A stretch of DNA of 64,000 nt from Trichoplax sp. H2 (GCA_003344405.1 NOWV01000146.1:124001-188000), one strand, 5' to 3'; counted from the stretch's first letter, positions 42,632-55,100 are shown. Program-made: numbers and translations. The notes: generated by a model from the letters alone, not told the origin.

Positions 42632-45600
42632 CTACGGTTTTTGCAGCTTGGTGATTTCCGTAATCAGATAGGATTTTTCATCCATAAATTGCTCGTCATC
42701 TAAAATGTCAATGGCAAAACAATTATTATTTTAGCAATACGCGTATAAAGTATATTATCAAATCAAATTTAGCCTTGATAACTATAAAAGCACCTGTTCT
42801 ATCTGTTTGAAATTTAGGCAAGAATGTTAATAGTTTCTCCTTATTCTTAAATAAAATATCTATTATGGGTTTAGCCTTATTAGGGTTCGCAACAAAAACC
42901 TATCGTAGGAATACATAAGTTGTTATTATCACTATTATAGCAATGATATAGAAATTTATCTGATATATTTTATGGTATTAGTCTGAATCATCGATAAGAA
43001 ATAGCTATAAAGTGCACCTTAAACACATGGAAGGCTTCAAATTGAATATTTCTACTCTTATCCTTGAGTAAATTCATGATAAGCTTAAGATTTTCTGTAT
43101 TACCAACGTATTTCGTCATCGAAGAAAAATTGTGATGATCCAGCAAGATTTCTCCCAATAACTGCAATCAAAAGATTCCCTTCTTTTATTAGATGTATGT
43201 TATCTATACGTGTGTGTATACGATATAAATTATATTATTGGTTCTTGTATACCTTCAAAGATTGCCTTTTGGTCACATAATTTTCTGACGTTAATAACTT
43301 GACGTAATGTTCAAAAAGCTATCACAAGAATTATGAACAATCATGATATTTTAGTTCGTATTATTCAGTAGATGAAAATGATAGTACATTTCCTAGCTGC
43401 TTTAACAATTAGTAACACTTGTATATACATCATCTACCTTGTCATAATTTTTCTCGATAAATTCGGCACATAGCGTTTTATGCTTTGTTAATAAATCCTA
43501 AAGGTAAATGGTAATCATTTTTACTACAGCTGCTATTTGACAAAGGAAATTAAAATTAGCAAGGCACGGAAATACTCGTATGCAATTACCTTAAACGTAG
43601 AGAATGCATCAGAAGCAACATCAAAAGCAGAAAGTTCGACATAAGTAAAAAATTGATAGAAGGCATCAGAACTTAGAATAAATTTCGCCAATATATCGTA
43701 TTTGACACACTCTCTTAGAATTATGCCACAATTGAGGGCAATATCTGAATTTTCGTAGCTTCAATTGTTGCATGTTGTAAGTTATATAGCAGTAAAATAA
43801 TACAAATTTTGATTATAACCTTGATAAACACCAAATAACGTATACTATTAACTGAAGTTGAGAGTAAGACGATTAATAGCATAATAATTAAAGTTACCCT
43901 TGGATTAAAGTGAAAAGGATTTCATTTTTACTGCGAACATATTCAACAGTAGGTGAGCGAGTGCCGATTTGTCTCCTAAGTAAAATATTAAAAATCTGGA
44001 CGACATCCTTTTTCGCCTAATCAAGAGTAAAAAATTAGATTTATTAGAGAAAGAAGAACAAACTCGTTTCTAATATGTTAAATTAAATACTGGATGCCAT
44101 TTTTATTCACCTCAAATTCCAATCTATGAAGATGATTAACTAGAAACAGCAATAAGTCGAAGTTATAAATTTCTTGCGCTAATTGAGCGACTTGCTCTGT
44201 TTGTGGCTCTTGATCTATAAATAAAAAAAGTAGTAGTATTTTAATATCTTGCAGATGTTCCTTCAATGTACGTGCTCTACTCTGCAAGAATAGACGACTA
44301 CATCCATGGCCTAATCATTATTTACAAAGATTAATTGAACTAGAATCTAAATTGAAAGTATTACACCGAGCTTATAACTAGACAATTCAGTGTAGAGTAC
44401 TGTACAAGTATGATGTCAACTTTTTGAACCATGACACGCAGCTTTCTTAATTATCGTATTATTTTGACCTTTCAAAGCACAATTATAATGACGGTTACAA
44501 TTAATTAATACTATCCTCTACAGCTGTACGCTATAACGAGATATTTCGATGGTGTACGATTTATCTACTATAGCATAAAAAAACAGTATCTTACTTGTCA
44601 ATAACTTGTTACTAAGTATAAGTTAACGTACTACCATGCATGCCACTTCCTCACATTGATGTGTAATCGTTCAATACAAATTAGAATTAATATATAACAT
44701 TGACGTAATGTTACCAAAATCGCCGTACTAAAGGTAAATAATTGATAGCAATTCTCTTACAACTTTACATCATTAACCAATTGTAAATTGGCCAATATTG
44801 TATCAAAATAAAAATGTATTGAACTACAGTATTAGTACCACTATCAAACTGGAACATACGTCAGTAAGTGACAGCAATTATCTTGTTTACATCACATCGT
44901 TTATATCACTAACTTAACCAATTGTAAATTGTAAACTTGCTAATACTGTATAGAGATAAAACGTCTTAAACTATAGTATCAATACCACTATCAAAGGGGA
45001 ACATAAATGTAAGTTTCAAAAATTGAGGGAAACACTGTGCTGTACACTGTACAATCAAGCCATCTTACACCTTGACATCATAAACAAATTGTAAACTTGA
45101 CAATCTGGAGATAAAACGTATTGAAACTATCAATACCATAATCAAAGTGAAAAATAAATGTACTGCTCGGTTGTCGCCTTAACTGACAAAATGCTTACCT
45201 CCAACTCCACATAATATATTCTTCATTGCTACCAATTGCTTACCAATTTCATCTGTAGCCTAATGATAAGGTGAATAGAATAGATTAGTAATTATATAGC
45301 AAGGCTTTTATACCTTTGCAATACATAACCTCCAAAATGAAATACCACTGGCATTGCATGTTACAATTTAACCACACTATTTTTGCGTGCAGTAGTAGTC
45401 AATGTAATCTGTCATCGTTGAGAGTTATCTCTATGCGTTGAACAACTCGTGTTCAACGCTATCGCATTCAGAGGTAGAGAAAAGAGGTAAAAGTCATGGC
45501 AAAAATCATACGCACGCCCCAATTTTGTAACATAGCTTGATAACAGTGCTGTTACTCCCTATGATATTAGCACTATACTGCATCATCATGCAATTCAACC

Positions 45601-46744
45601 AATGTATTGAGTCTAAATCGTTCTTCATTGATTAAAAGCAATCAATCTTGATCACGTTCCAATCAATCATTTGAGAGCTCAATGGACTTTAAAATTTTGG
45701 CTTGAAATTCTGTCGTACAAACCAACTAAGTGAACCGCTTGTATTGATAGCTTAGCAATGGCACAAGGCAACAGTTTAACTGTATTTCATCTTTGTAGCA
45801 TTTGGTCGAAGAATAAGGTTGACATATTGAATCCATCACGGCTTGTCCTAGACCGCATTCCAAGATACAATACTGTATGTTTGCCGTGACGATGACAGCG
45901 CCATTGAAGAGATAAAATGATCAGATAGTATCGAGTAAAGTATAAAGAATAAGCACGGGCATTTCTGATCTATCCAGTGTCATCAAGACAACTACAACAG
46001 TTGAAGAAAGAAAACAACTAGCCAACTCATTAGAGAACAGTTTTTGACCGTGCCTTGTTGCAGGGGATTACCCTCATCTACACAGAGTCGATTGTACTTG
46101 CCTAGTTTATGTCTACTTCTATGATACTCTGTATGCGTTATTACCCAATTGCATTGTGACAAAGAATAAGGCGAAGGAAGTTACTACAGCAAGATTGAAA
46201 AATCATGGTGTCTACAATCGATTGAGTCGTATCGTTTCCGATGGTTGAAATTGGAATTCTACAATGTCGTTGCGGTTAAAATGGATTGCACTTGGATATT
46301 GTATGTTGTCCTAAGCAAGTATAGTACTACCCATGTTTTGTAGAGTAGTCTCATTACTACTAAGGCAATAGTATGCCAAGTTGGCCTAGCCCTAGAGAGA
46401 AACCCATTCATTATCATCGATCAGACTCTAAACTTAAGTTAAGACTACAACCGAGACAATACCGTTCAAGCCCACCAATGCCATTCATTGCATTGATGAC
46501 TATGGTATAGGATAACACTTTACAATTAGAAAATGATGGCGGAGTCATGAGTTGAGATGAACACCAAGTCGGAAAGCTTCAAAGCACTATGTCGACAACA
46601 GCAGTAGTGGATGACAACGTTGTAAGTAGGGTTTACCTTCTCTGCTTTCTTGCCAGAACCTTCTTTAATGATTGTCGCTAAAGCATCGCGAGAAATCCGA
46701 ACAAGCTCATAGGGCGATTTCTGCTTGGAACCAAATAGCGGCAT
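42632..46744 (-). CDS. CAB39: MO25 / calcium-binding protein 39 (LKB1-STRAD scaffold), 10 coding exons
   Basis: Exons 46744-46637, 45259-45199, 44214-44111, 44016-43898, 43758-43590, 43497-43438, 43318-43253, 43161-43018, 42899-42794, 42699-42632. They give [119 protein letters not shown], with TAG at 42634-42632. Confidence 0.97.
44765..45162. repeat. three diverged ~150 bp copies in CAB39 intron 2
   Basis: AAC(C/A)AATTGTAAA..ATAAAA..TACCA..ATCAAA recurs at ~44776, ~44916, ~45083. Confidence 0.75.
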
Positions 46745-46899
46745 GGTCGACAAAACAAGGTTGATTACTCCTTCTAATCCTTACAAGGCAGCGATTGCTG
46801 ACGACTTTTGAAAAAGCTGCAAATCCAAAATCAAGTCCAATATTCAACTCCTGCTGCAACTTGCTCTGCTGTATCCCACAGCTGTATGGACGTATGGAC

Positions 46900-47250
46900 G
46901 TACTTACGCTTTCTTGTTGTCGAGGCGAGGAACGGCGCGCCGTACTGGTCTGTACTAGACCGTACTGGTACGCGGCGCATCGGTCTACAGTACACTGTAC
47001 TGTACTGTACAGTGTACAGTGCTGACAGCATGATCCCAGAGCAAAGGATCCTCCCTCGTCTACAGTACTACAGACTCTGCACTCTACAGTGTCAGTACAG
47101 TACTGTAGAGGTCCGCAGAACAACTCCAGTGTGTGGCACGTGACTTGCGGTGCCTTGGATGTTGTTGACTGGAAGTTGATTTGGCCGCTTCGCTGGCGCT
47201 GCCAGTCTTTTACGGCGTACTGTACACTGTACACTGTACGCTACGGCTCG
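46900..47250 (-). promoter_or_regulatory. CAB39 promoter/5' UTR exon region
   Basis: GC-rich; minus-strand donor GTAAGT near 46907; GTCACGTG E-box (minus) at 47137-47144; dense ACTGT/ACAGT motifs. Confidence 0.55.
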
Positions 47251-47289
47251 ATCAGGCTAGATGTACTGTAAAACACAAGTTGTTAACTT

Positions 47290-48455
47290 TGGCTTTGTTT
47301 CCAGTACAACAGCAAGAAATAATACGACATGTATTTTACACATTTTGGTACAGTACTGTACAGTGGACAGTAGAACACCAAGAAATACAGTACTAGCACG
47401 AAGAAAAAGCAGATTTTCCTTTCAGTACTGTAGTAAAATGTGTAAAATACTGCACATGTCCTACAGGATTACTGTACTGTACAGTATATACAACAACGCC
47501 CGCCAAAATGTCTTCAATTAGAATTATTCAACCTATTCTTATGTCCAATCTTACAGTAAAAATGAAAGCGATGATGTAAAACAGACCGGTAAAACAGATG
47601 AAATCGATGAAAAATAAATAAAATAAAATAGATGCAAAACAGATGTCGTTCCTTAGGGCTTTGCTTCCAGTATAACACCAAAAAGTGAAAACGACATCTA
47701 TTTTACACATTCTGGTACAGTACACTGTACTGTGCACTACAGTGTACAGTATTGAAAGCAAAAGATGCTTTTTCTTCGCGCTGTTAACTAGGAACCCAAG
47801 GCAAAATGTCACTAATCAGAACAAATTAATTAATTATTCAACCCATTCTTATGTCCAATCTTACAGTAAAAATGAACGTCTAATGTCGAACTACTAGTAG
47901 GACGTTGGTGAGAAGAAAAGTTTGATTTTTTCTTGGCGCTAGTACTGCACTGTGACTATGCTATACCTACCATAGCAGCAACTTCAGTAGTTAACTCAAG
48001 GCAAAGCCCCTACTGGACTCAACCAATTCTTCTGCCCAATCTTACAGTACAGTAAAAATGAACAGCATGTCCAACTACACGTTAGTGAGAAAGAAAAGCT
48101 TGGCTTTTTCTTGGCGCTAGTACTGCACTCTGACTATGCTACGCCTAGTGAGTAGTGAACAAAAAGCAAAGCCCCAATTGGACTCTACCAATTCTTTCTG
48201 TACCTGTCTGTACAGTGTACATTGCGTATGCCCAATCTTACAGTAAAAAGAAGGGACACTTAACCACGGTGGGGGTGAGAAGAAAAGCTTTTGCTTTTTC
48301 TTCGCACTAGTACTGGCACTGTGACTATGCTACGCCAACAATAGCAGGGACTAGTCAACAAAAAATTTTCCATATCCATTAGCAACCCAAGCCAAAGTCC
48401 CAATTAATTCATTATTCAACTTGACAAATTCTTATGTCCAATCTTACATTGAAAA
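47290..48455. repeat. complex diverged repeat cluster (~180-310 bp periods) with internal inverted repeat
   Basis: CCAATCTTACA five times (~47545, ~47854, ~48036, ~48232, ~48438); GTGAGAA..AAAAG..TTTTTCTT..TAGTACTG..TGACTATGCTA three times (~47908, ~48085, ~48275). Confidence 0.85.
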
Positions 48456-48842
48456 GGACAGAGAAACACCACTGTCTACTCACTGTACAGTACTGTACAA
48501 TATACAGTATGTCATATACAAGACCGGTATTACGACGCGACTTGGACAGTAAAATGCTTGCAGCGACCGGACATCAAACAGCGAATGATCGCTTGAACTC
48601 CAAACTTGAAACAAATAGAATCATTCAATACTGCAATAAAAAGGAATCACAATACCAAGAGCCAATTGCTCAAGGTTGTACTGATCTATCTGCATGGAAT
48701 TGGAGCCAAATTGAAAGTCCATTTCTTCAAAATGGAAAGACATAATGGAAGGCAATACTCTTGTAGAGTGGAACATCTTTCAACCATTTTACAGCGCTCG
48801 CCGCGCCCCTGGAAGAGTGGTCTTATACAATTGCAACCCTAG

Positions 48843-49753
48843 AGGAAGGCTATGGAAAAATCGCGGAGTTTTACCAAGGGTGGTGAGAAACAGAGGGAAA
48901 GTTGGGGGTTGACTAGTCTCTGACTTGTATCTAAGCAATGCAATTATTACAATTGACAACTTTAGCATCTTCAACTAAAGGCATCGAAGTGTAGTATAAA
49001 TACCACGGCGCCGCTCATTTTAGGAAGACTATGGAAAAATCGCGGAGTTTTACCAAGGGTGATGAGAAACAGAGGGAAAGTTGGGGGTTGACTAGTCTCT
49101 GACTTATATCTAAGCAATGCAATTATTACAATTGACAACTTTAGCATCTTAAACTAAAAGCATCGAAGTGTAGTATAAATACCATGGCGCAGCTCATTTT
49201 AGGAAGACTATAGAAAAATTGGACTTCTGGTAAGGGATGGTGAGGAACAGTTGGAAAATTGAGGGTTGACTAGTCCCTGACCTGTAACTAAGCAATGCAA
49301 TTACTGCAATTGACAACTTTTGCATCTTAAACTAAAGGCATCGAAGAGTAGTATAAATACCCCGGCCGGCGCCGCTCATTTGAAGCGAGGGTGGGTGGCA
49401 TATACTTTACACTAGTGTACACTGTACGGTGCAACCCTTTAGGAAGACTATGCAAAAATCGGAGTTTCCCCAAGGGGTGGTGAGGAACAGAGGGAAAGTT
49501 GGGGCTTGACTAGTCTCTGACCTGTATCTAAGCAATGCAATTATTACAATTGACAACTTTTGCATCTTAAACTAAAGGCATCGAAGAGTAGTATAAATAC
49601 CCCCCCCCGGCGCTGCGCATTTTAGGAAGACTATGGAAAAATCGGAATTTCGGTAAGGGGTGGTGTGCAACTGAGGGAAAATTGAGGGTTGACTAATCTA
49701 TGGCCTGTAACTAAGCAATGGAACTATTGCAATTGACAACTTTTGCATCTTAA
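48843..49753. repeat. tandem array of ~179-bp monomers (5 copies, last partial)
   Basis: Monomers start AGGAAG(G/A)CTAT at 48843, 49022, 49201, 49441, 49624. Shared GTTGACTAGTC..TAAGCAATGCAATT..CAATTGACAACTTT..GCATCTT..GCATCGAAG..TAGTATAAATACC. Confidence 0.95.
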
Positions 49754-51092
49754 GCTAGTAGGAAATCTGCTAAATCTCCTTCTCCATCATCATGACTACA
49801 GCATTTAGTACAGTACTGTACATTTAGCGTGCAATAGGTGTACAGTAACTCCAGTTATCCGCAGGGACCGCGTACACTATATGAAAGACAAATCAACAGG
49901 GCAAAGAAAAAGTATAACAGAGCTAATGTACTACTGTATATTGTGCATGAATTTATTTAAAAAGATCCATAATCATAATCTAGACAGTTGTAGCATCGTC
50001 AGACGCGTAAAAATCACACAACGCATGCATTCACATTCTAAATTTATCTCCAGATAGTAGCTAGTACATATCCGTGGGCTGTACTCCTAGTAAACAGCTT
50101 GATATATTTAAAACGCAATATTTAGGACTTTTTAAATGATCGTTTATTGGAATATTATCAGATTATAGTTTACATATTTAATAAAGGCAAGGTACAGACC
50201 GCATAAAATGAGGTATATCTTTAATTGACATCTATCTTACTTCATGACCAGCTATACCTACATTTTTTTATGGATAGGGTCACATTATTAATAGGATTGG
50301 GTAACGTTCAATGTAGATATTGCACAAGCTATAGCTTCTACTCAATACTAATCTATCTTCTTTAATTGCTAGATGATATTATATGACATCTTTTCATCAT
50401 ATGGGCTCAAGGTTAATTCTGCCAATTATTTGCAACTTTAATAAAGCCCACTTGGGTAATATAATATTCCTTCCTGTGTACACGTCCTAAAAAAGAAATA
50501 AAAAAGTTTATCAATAAATACGCTATATTAACTATATATACAATAATCCTGACCGTAGTTATTGTTATTGTTAGGCAAGTATAGCTAATAATATATTATT
50601 ATTAACGACTAGAATACTGCTGGGTCTTGTGCATTATAATATTTTTAGAACGACTAGATTAAACTGCATCTAATAGTAACTCGCGACAAGTAGAGTACGC
50701 GCGTAAACGGATGCTCGACATATGGACTGCAAGAGGACCTACCTACCATTCATTCTAATGTAGCGTAAAGTAACATTTAAAATCTATTTCAATCCATAAG
50801 CAAAAAAAGCAAAATTGTTGGGTCTACTTTAATTTCATCCTTGTTCAATCTTTAATCCCATTAGTATTCTTACTATACTGAAACATTGTATCTGGTATCA
50901 GGAACATCAAGAAAATATAAAAATAAAAGCAACCCAAATTTGATCCTAATGGTTGATATCAATTACAGTATCTATCGTGTAAACTCATACAGCAGAAAGA
51001 AAGCTAAATTCTATTTTGAGCACAAAACTAACATTTGTATTCGATCAACTACAGTAGTACAAATCTTTACCAATAATTTGGCCGGTATAGGC

Positions 51093-52110
51093 TTAGGCTT
51101 TCGATTTTAGTATGTTTGAGCTATGATGGAGTTTCTCGGTATTGAATTTTTTATTATAACCATCTCTTTTCTGCGAAACCGACAATTTATCGTTCCGCTT
51201 GGCTGATAAAATGCCTTTGAAATGAGTACTGCCCTTTAATCTTAATTGCGGGTGATAATTGGTTTTTGATAATTTCGCATTAGAACGAAATTCTCTCTTG
51301 AACAAACTCAACCCAGGAATATTTTTATCTTCCTCTTCCTCTTTATGAGAAGTAGCAGTGGGATCGTGCCTAACATTAAATTCGCTAAATAATGGATTGT
51401 GTCTTTCGTTAAACCAACTAATGAGAGGGTCTTCTGACTCTTGTCTTTCCTCAAACCAACTAATTAAGGGATCTTGCCTTCGTTTCAAATTATTGAAATC
51501 TGCGTCTGAAAAGATGTGTCTCTTCTTAAACAGACTAATACCAGTATTAGAACGAGCTTGTCTTTCATTAGATAAGCTAATACTAGCACCAGGAGGAGCT
51601 TGCCTATCGTTGAATAAGCTAATACCAGGTCCTTGTCTCTCATTAAATAAGCTAATACCAGGTTCTTGTCTCTCATTAAATAAGCTAATACCAGGTTCTT
51701 GTCTCTCATTAAATAAGCTAATACCAGGTTCTTGTCTCTCATTAAATAAGCTAATACCAGAGTCAGGAGGCGCCTGTCTTTTTTTAAACCAATTTATAAT
51801 AGGTTCTTGATTGTTCTTGTATACATGACGATCAGTTATCTCTATTACGATGCAGTTAAAAAATATTCAATACGAGTATGCAAGTAAATTATAAAGTAAT
51901 CATATCAGTTGATTTAATCTACGACTAGTTAACTTCTAAATCATCGTTTCACTTAAAAATTGCAAGGAGCTTTGTCAATGAAGTATGGAGCATCGTTAAT
52001 TTTTGTTTGCATAGTTATATACGATATATGCAATAGCGTATTGCTTTACCTTTGCATGTTGCGATAGCATTAAGGCCAATGATGGTAACAACTAATAGAC
52101 AGATCTTCAT
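51093..52110 (-). CDS. secreted neuropeptide precursor (placozoan LF-type; QEPGISLF / DPLISWF repeats), 269 aa, 2 coding exons
   Basis: Exon 52110-52050 MKICLLVVTIIGLNAIATCK (signal-peptide-like), GT-AG intron, then exon 51841-51093 open to TAA: ..QEPIINWFKKR QAPPDSGISLFNER (QEPGISLFNER)x3 QGPGISLFNDR QAPPGASISLSNER QARSNTGISLFKKR..KRR QDPLISWFEER QESEDPLISWFNER..NIPGLSLFKR.. Confidence 0.9.
51610..51760 (-). repeat. 33-bp coding tandem repeat (11-aa QEPGISLFNER unit)
   Basis: TTAAATAAGCTAATACCAGGTTCTTGTCTCTCA identical at 51643, 51676, 51709, with diverged flanking copies. Confidence 0.97.
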
Positions 52111-55100
52111 TTCGCCTAATCTTTCAATAAAAGCGTTATTAATATTGGACTATAAAAATATTTGCGAAATATGGTTCAAGTTCATACTTTGATAGTAGAG
52201 TAGTTACAGGTGAAATTATTTTTTAATCATTTGTTCAGTAAGATCTGTATAATTACACTATTTGCAGTTCTTAACTTAAAGTACAAGCAAAAGATTAAAC
52301 AAATAATACTTGATTAATAAATTTACCTTATACACATACATTACATTTTTTTGTATATTAAATACGCATAAAATACTTATTCCAAAATATTCAAACTTTC
52401 TAAGATACGCTAACTTTTTAACAGTTACCTTCTGATAAATCCCTTAATTGGTATTGCTCAACTAAACTGCAATATTTAACGAAAAAGTTGCAATTCGCCG
52501 CTATATATCTAAAAAGTGAACAAAAGAATTCATTCTTCCTAATCTATTTCTATTTAACTTTATCAGACTCCACCTACCCGTACCTAAGTATAATTATGAT
52601 AAATAGATAAAATAAAATTTTCTTAGCCACAATAGGTCATTTCATACTCTGGCCCAATCTGTCAGTAAATAAAATATTTCCCTGAAATACTCAACAGTGG
52701 CAAAATTAATAAAACCAAAGATCAATAGCAATAAATCTAATTATAACGATGATATGTATTTTATTTATTCGCTAAGGCATACTATCCATTATTGTAACAG
52801 ATAAATAGTAATACTGTGTTGCATCACTATATTTCAATCCTTAAGAAATTAAAAGCCATCTAAAATGAAATATAATTAACTTACCTCTTTTGTTATGCTA
52901 GATTAATGTATTTGTAAATATAGTTATACTAAATACTGATTATAAGTAACGGATACACTGATCATTAGATTATATCTATGGACAATAATTTAATTTAATA
53001 TAATGTTGAATTAATTGCTAAAAATGTTATATTAATTTTAAGGACGTATTTAACACCATAAAATTTTCAAAGTGAACTTTTCGTTATCAGAGAAGAGGAA
53101 TGGCAGACTTTGTGTCTGACCATTTTTGACCTAAATTCTATCAAAGTATCTTGCCTAAAGTATTCACGTTCAATAGAAACTGTTATAAATAGATTAATAA
53201 AGTTATCTATTCCACACTCACTTAATTTCATCATCACGTAAACCACAATTACAATTATTGTTGACCTTATTTTTAATTGTTTCATAATATCAACAATGGT
53301 CTGATTTACCAATATCTTATTATATATCAAACAGATTTATCTTGGATTTATTCATCTGAAAGGTACAAAAAAAACTAAGAATCAACTGAAGAATATATAG
53401 AAGCTTAGGAAATTAATATTATGATTTACTAGATGCTTAGACAACAACAAAAATGCCTAACGGTAGCTCTATTTGTCATTATTATTATTGTCTAGAATGC
53501 CTAAGCTACTGTGTGTAAATAACTTAATAGAGAGAATGCTATCTTTACAGCAAGATACACAGCTGCAACTAGACCAATTTAAGGAACGTTATTTTACGCT
53601 CTCATTGTATTAATATTATCATGCTTTATTGCGTTTAGGAAGAAACATAGTTGGTAGAAAATGAGGTTTATATCTATATCCTAAAAAATTTCATCATTTT
53701 TCTGTTTATAGGTTAAGGTATATGTAATTATGTTATTAATTTAACCTTTTACTTATACATCACATCAAATCATTTTGAACAATAACTGTATTATACATGC
53801 CTAATAAACAGATTGTGCGAAGAACGCATTTGGAATTCTAAAATCTATATTTAATTATGATGTCAAAATCTTTTTCTATAGTGCAGTAATAATATATCAT
53901 GGTTATATAATTTTTATCTGATTATTTAAGATAGAAAATTAATACAAAATGATTTGAAAGTTTAGTTGAGTTTATCATTACTTAAACCTTTGCATTATTA
54001 TTCGAAAATTGAGTTTTAACCGTCATAATTAAACGAGTAGTTATAATCAATTTCAAATTTGCTACTGGCAATGACATAACATAAGTGATTGTAAACAGAA
54101 GGAAATTTTTATTTTGATCACAAGCAAGTTCATTTTTTATTACAAAAAAAATCTTAGCGAAAGAGGTGCAGGTGGATCTATCTTTCATAATTTCAATACT
54201 TGATTAAACAAATTAATTTCTGGAATTGTAAAAAGAAAGTTTCTGAAAAATTATTTTGTTTACATCTTATTGATAATTATTATAATAGAATTATTATTAT
54301 AGACCACAAAATACATTTTTTTAGCAAGCAGATACTATTGTACTTAATTATATACATAAAGACAGTATGATTTCATATTTGCTTCCATTGTCTAAATGGG
54401 ATGAAAACCAATAAAATTTTCCATATCATATTATAAATATCTGTAAAAATCCACTGAAATAATCATAAAGTGTGCCTGCAAAGTCCTGATAATCTCTATA
54501 ATTATTACCAAGACTACTTGTATTTATTATAATGAAGAACTTAATACATATGTTACCATTCTAGTATAAAACGGAACAAGAAAGCTATAAACGCGATAAT
54601 AAGTAATGTCTGCTGCATATTAACATTTTATCGTTACCGCTAACGGTTAAGTATACAATCGAAATTTTTAGAAGTAAAATTACCTCCCCCTGGCAATAGT
54701 TATAGGATAATCATATTTGAACAGTTACCATAATTGAGCTTACAAATTGTGGAATTATCGGAGTTCTACTTGTATATCTGTATTGTTGAATCAGACAGGA
54801 TAATCATATAAGTCAACTGGTTAAGCCTTCAGAAATACCTTAATAAAGCATCTAAGAATAGATATCGAGCTAAATATCAAAGGTATTAACATACTGTAGT
54901 GCAGTCTTTCATTTAACGTTTAGCGGACACGGAAGTATTGCTATTACAAGTCATTGAAATTTCAACTAGCATCATAGCGGCATAATGCTTAAATATAGAC
55001 ACTTTTTTGTCTGTAAGGATTAAAGACTTATTGTTAATAAATCCTGTAACAAGATTCAAATATAGCTTATAGATTGAAATTAGTAATTCTCTAATGATCA

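Noticed and set aside
46707-47897. Cluster of overlapping ORFs rich in Y/C/T/V/Q/S
   Set aside because: Translation of ACAGT/ACTGT motif-rich promoter DNA; no recognisable protein.
51358-51810. 150-aa + strand repetitive ORF (LIPGSCLSLNK) and 85-aa alternative minus-frame ORF
   Set aside because: Shadows of the 33-bp repeat; only the QEPGISLFNER frame has a signal exon and cleavage sites.
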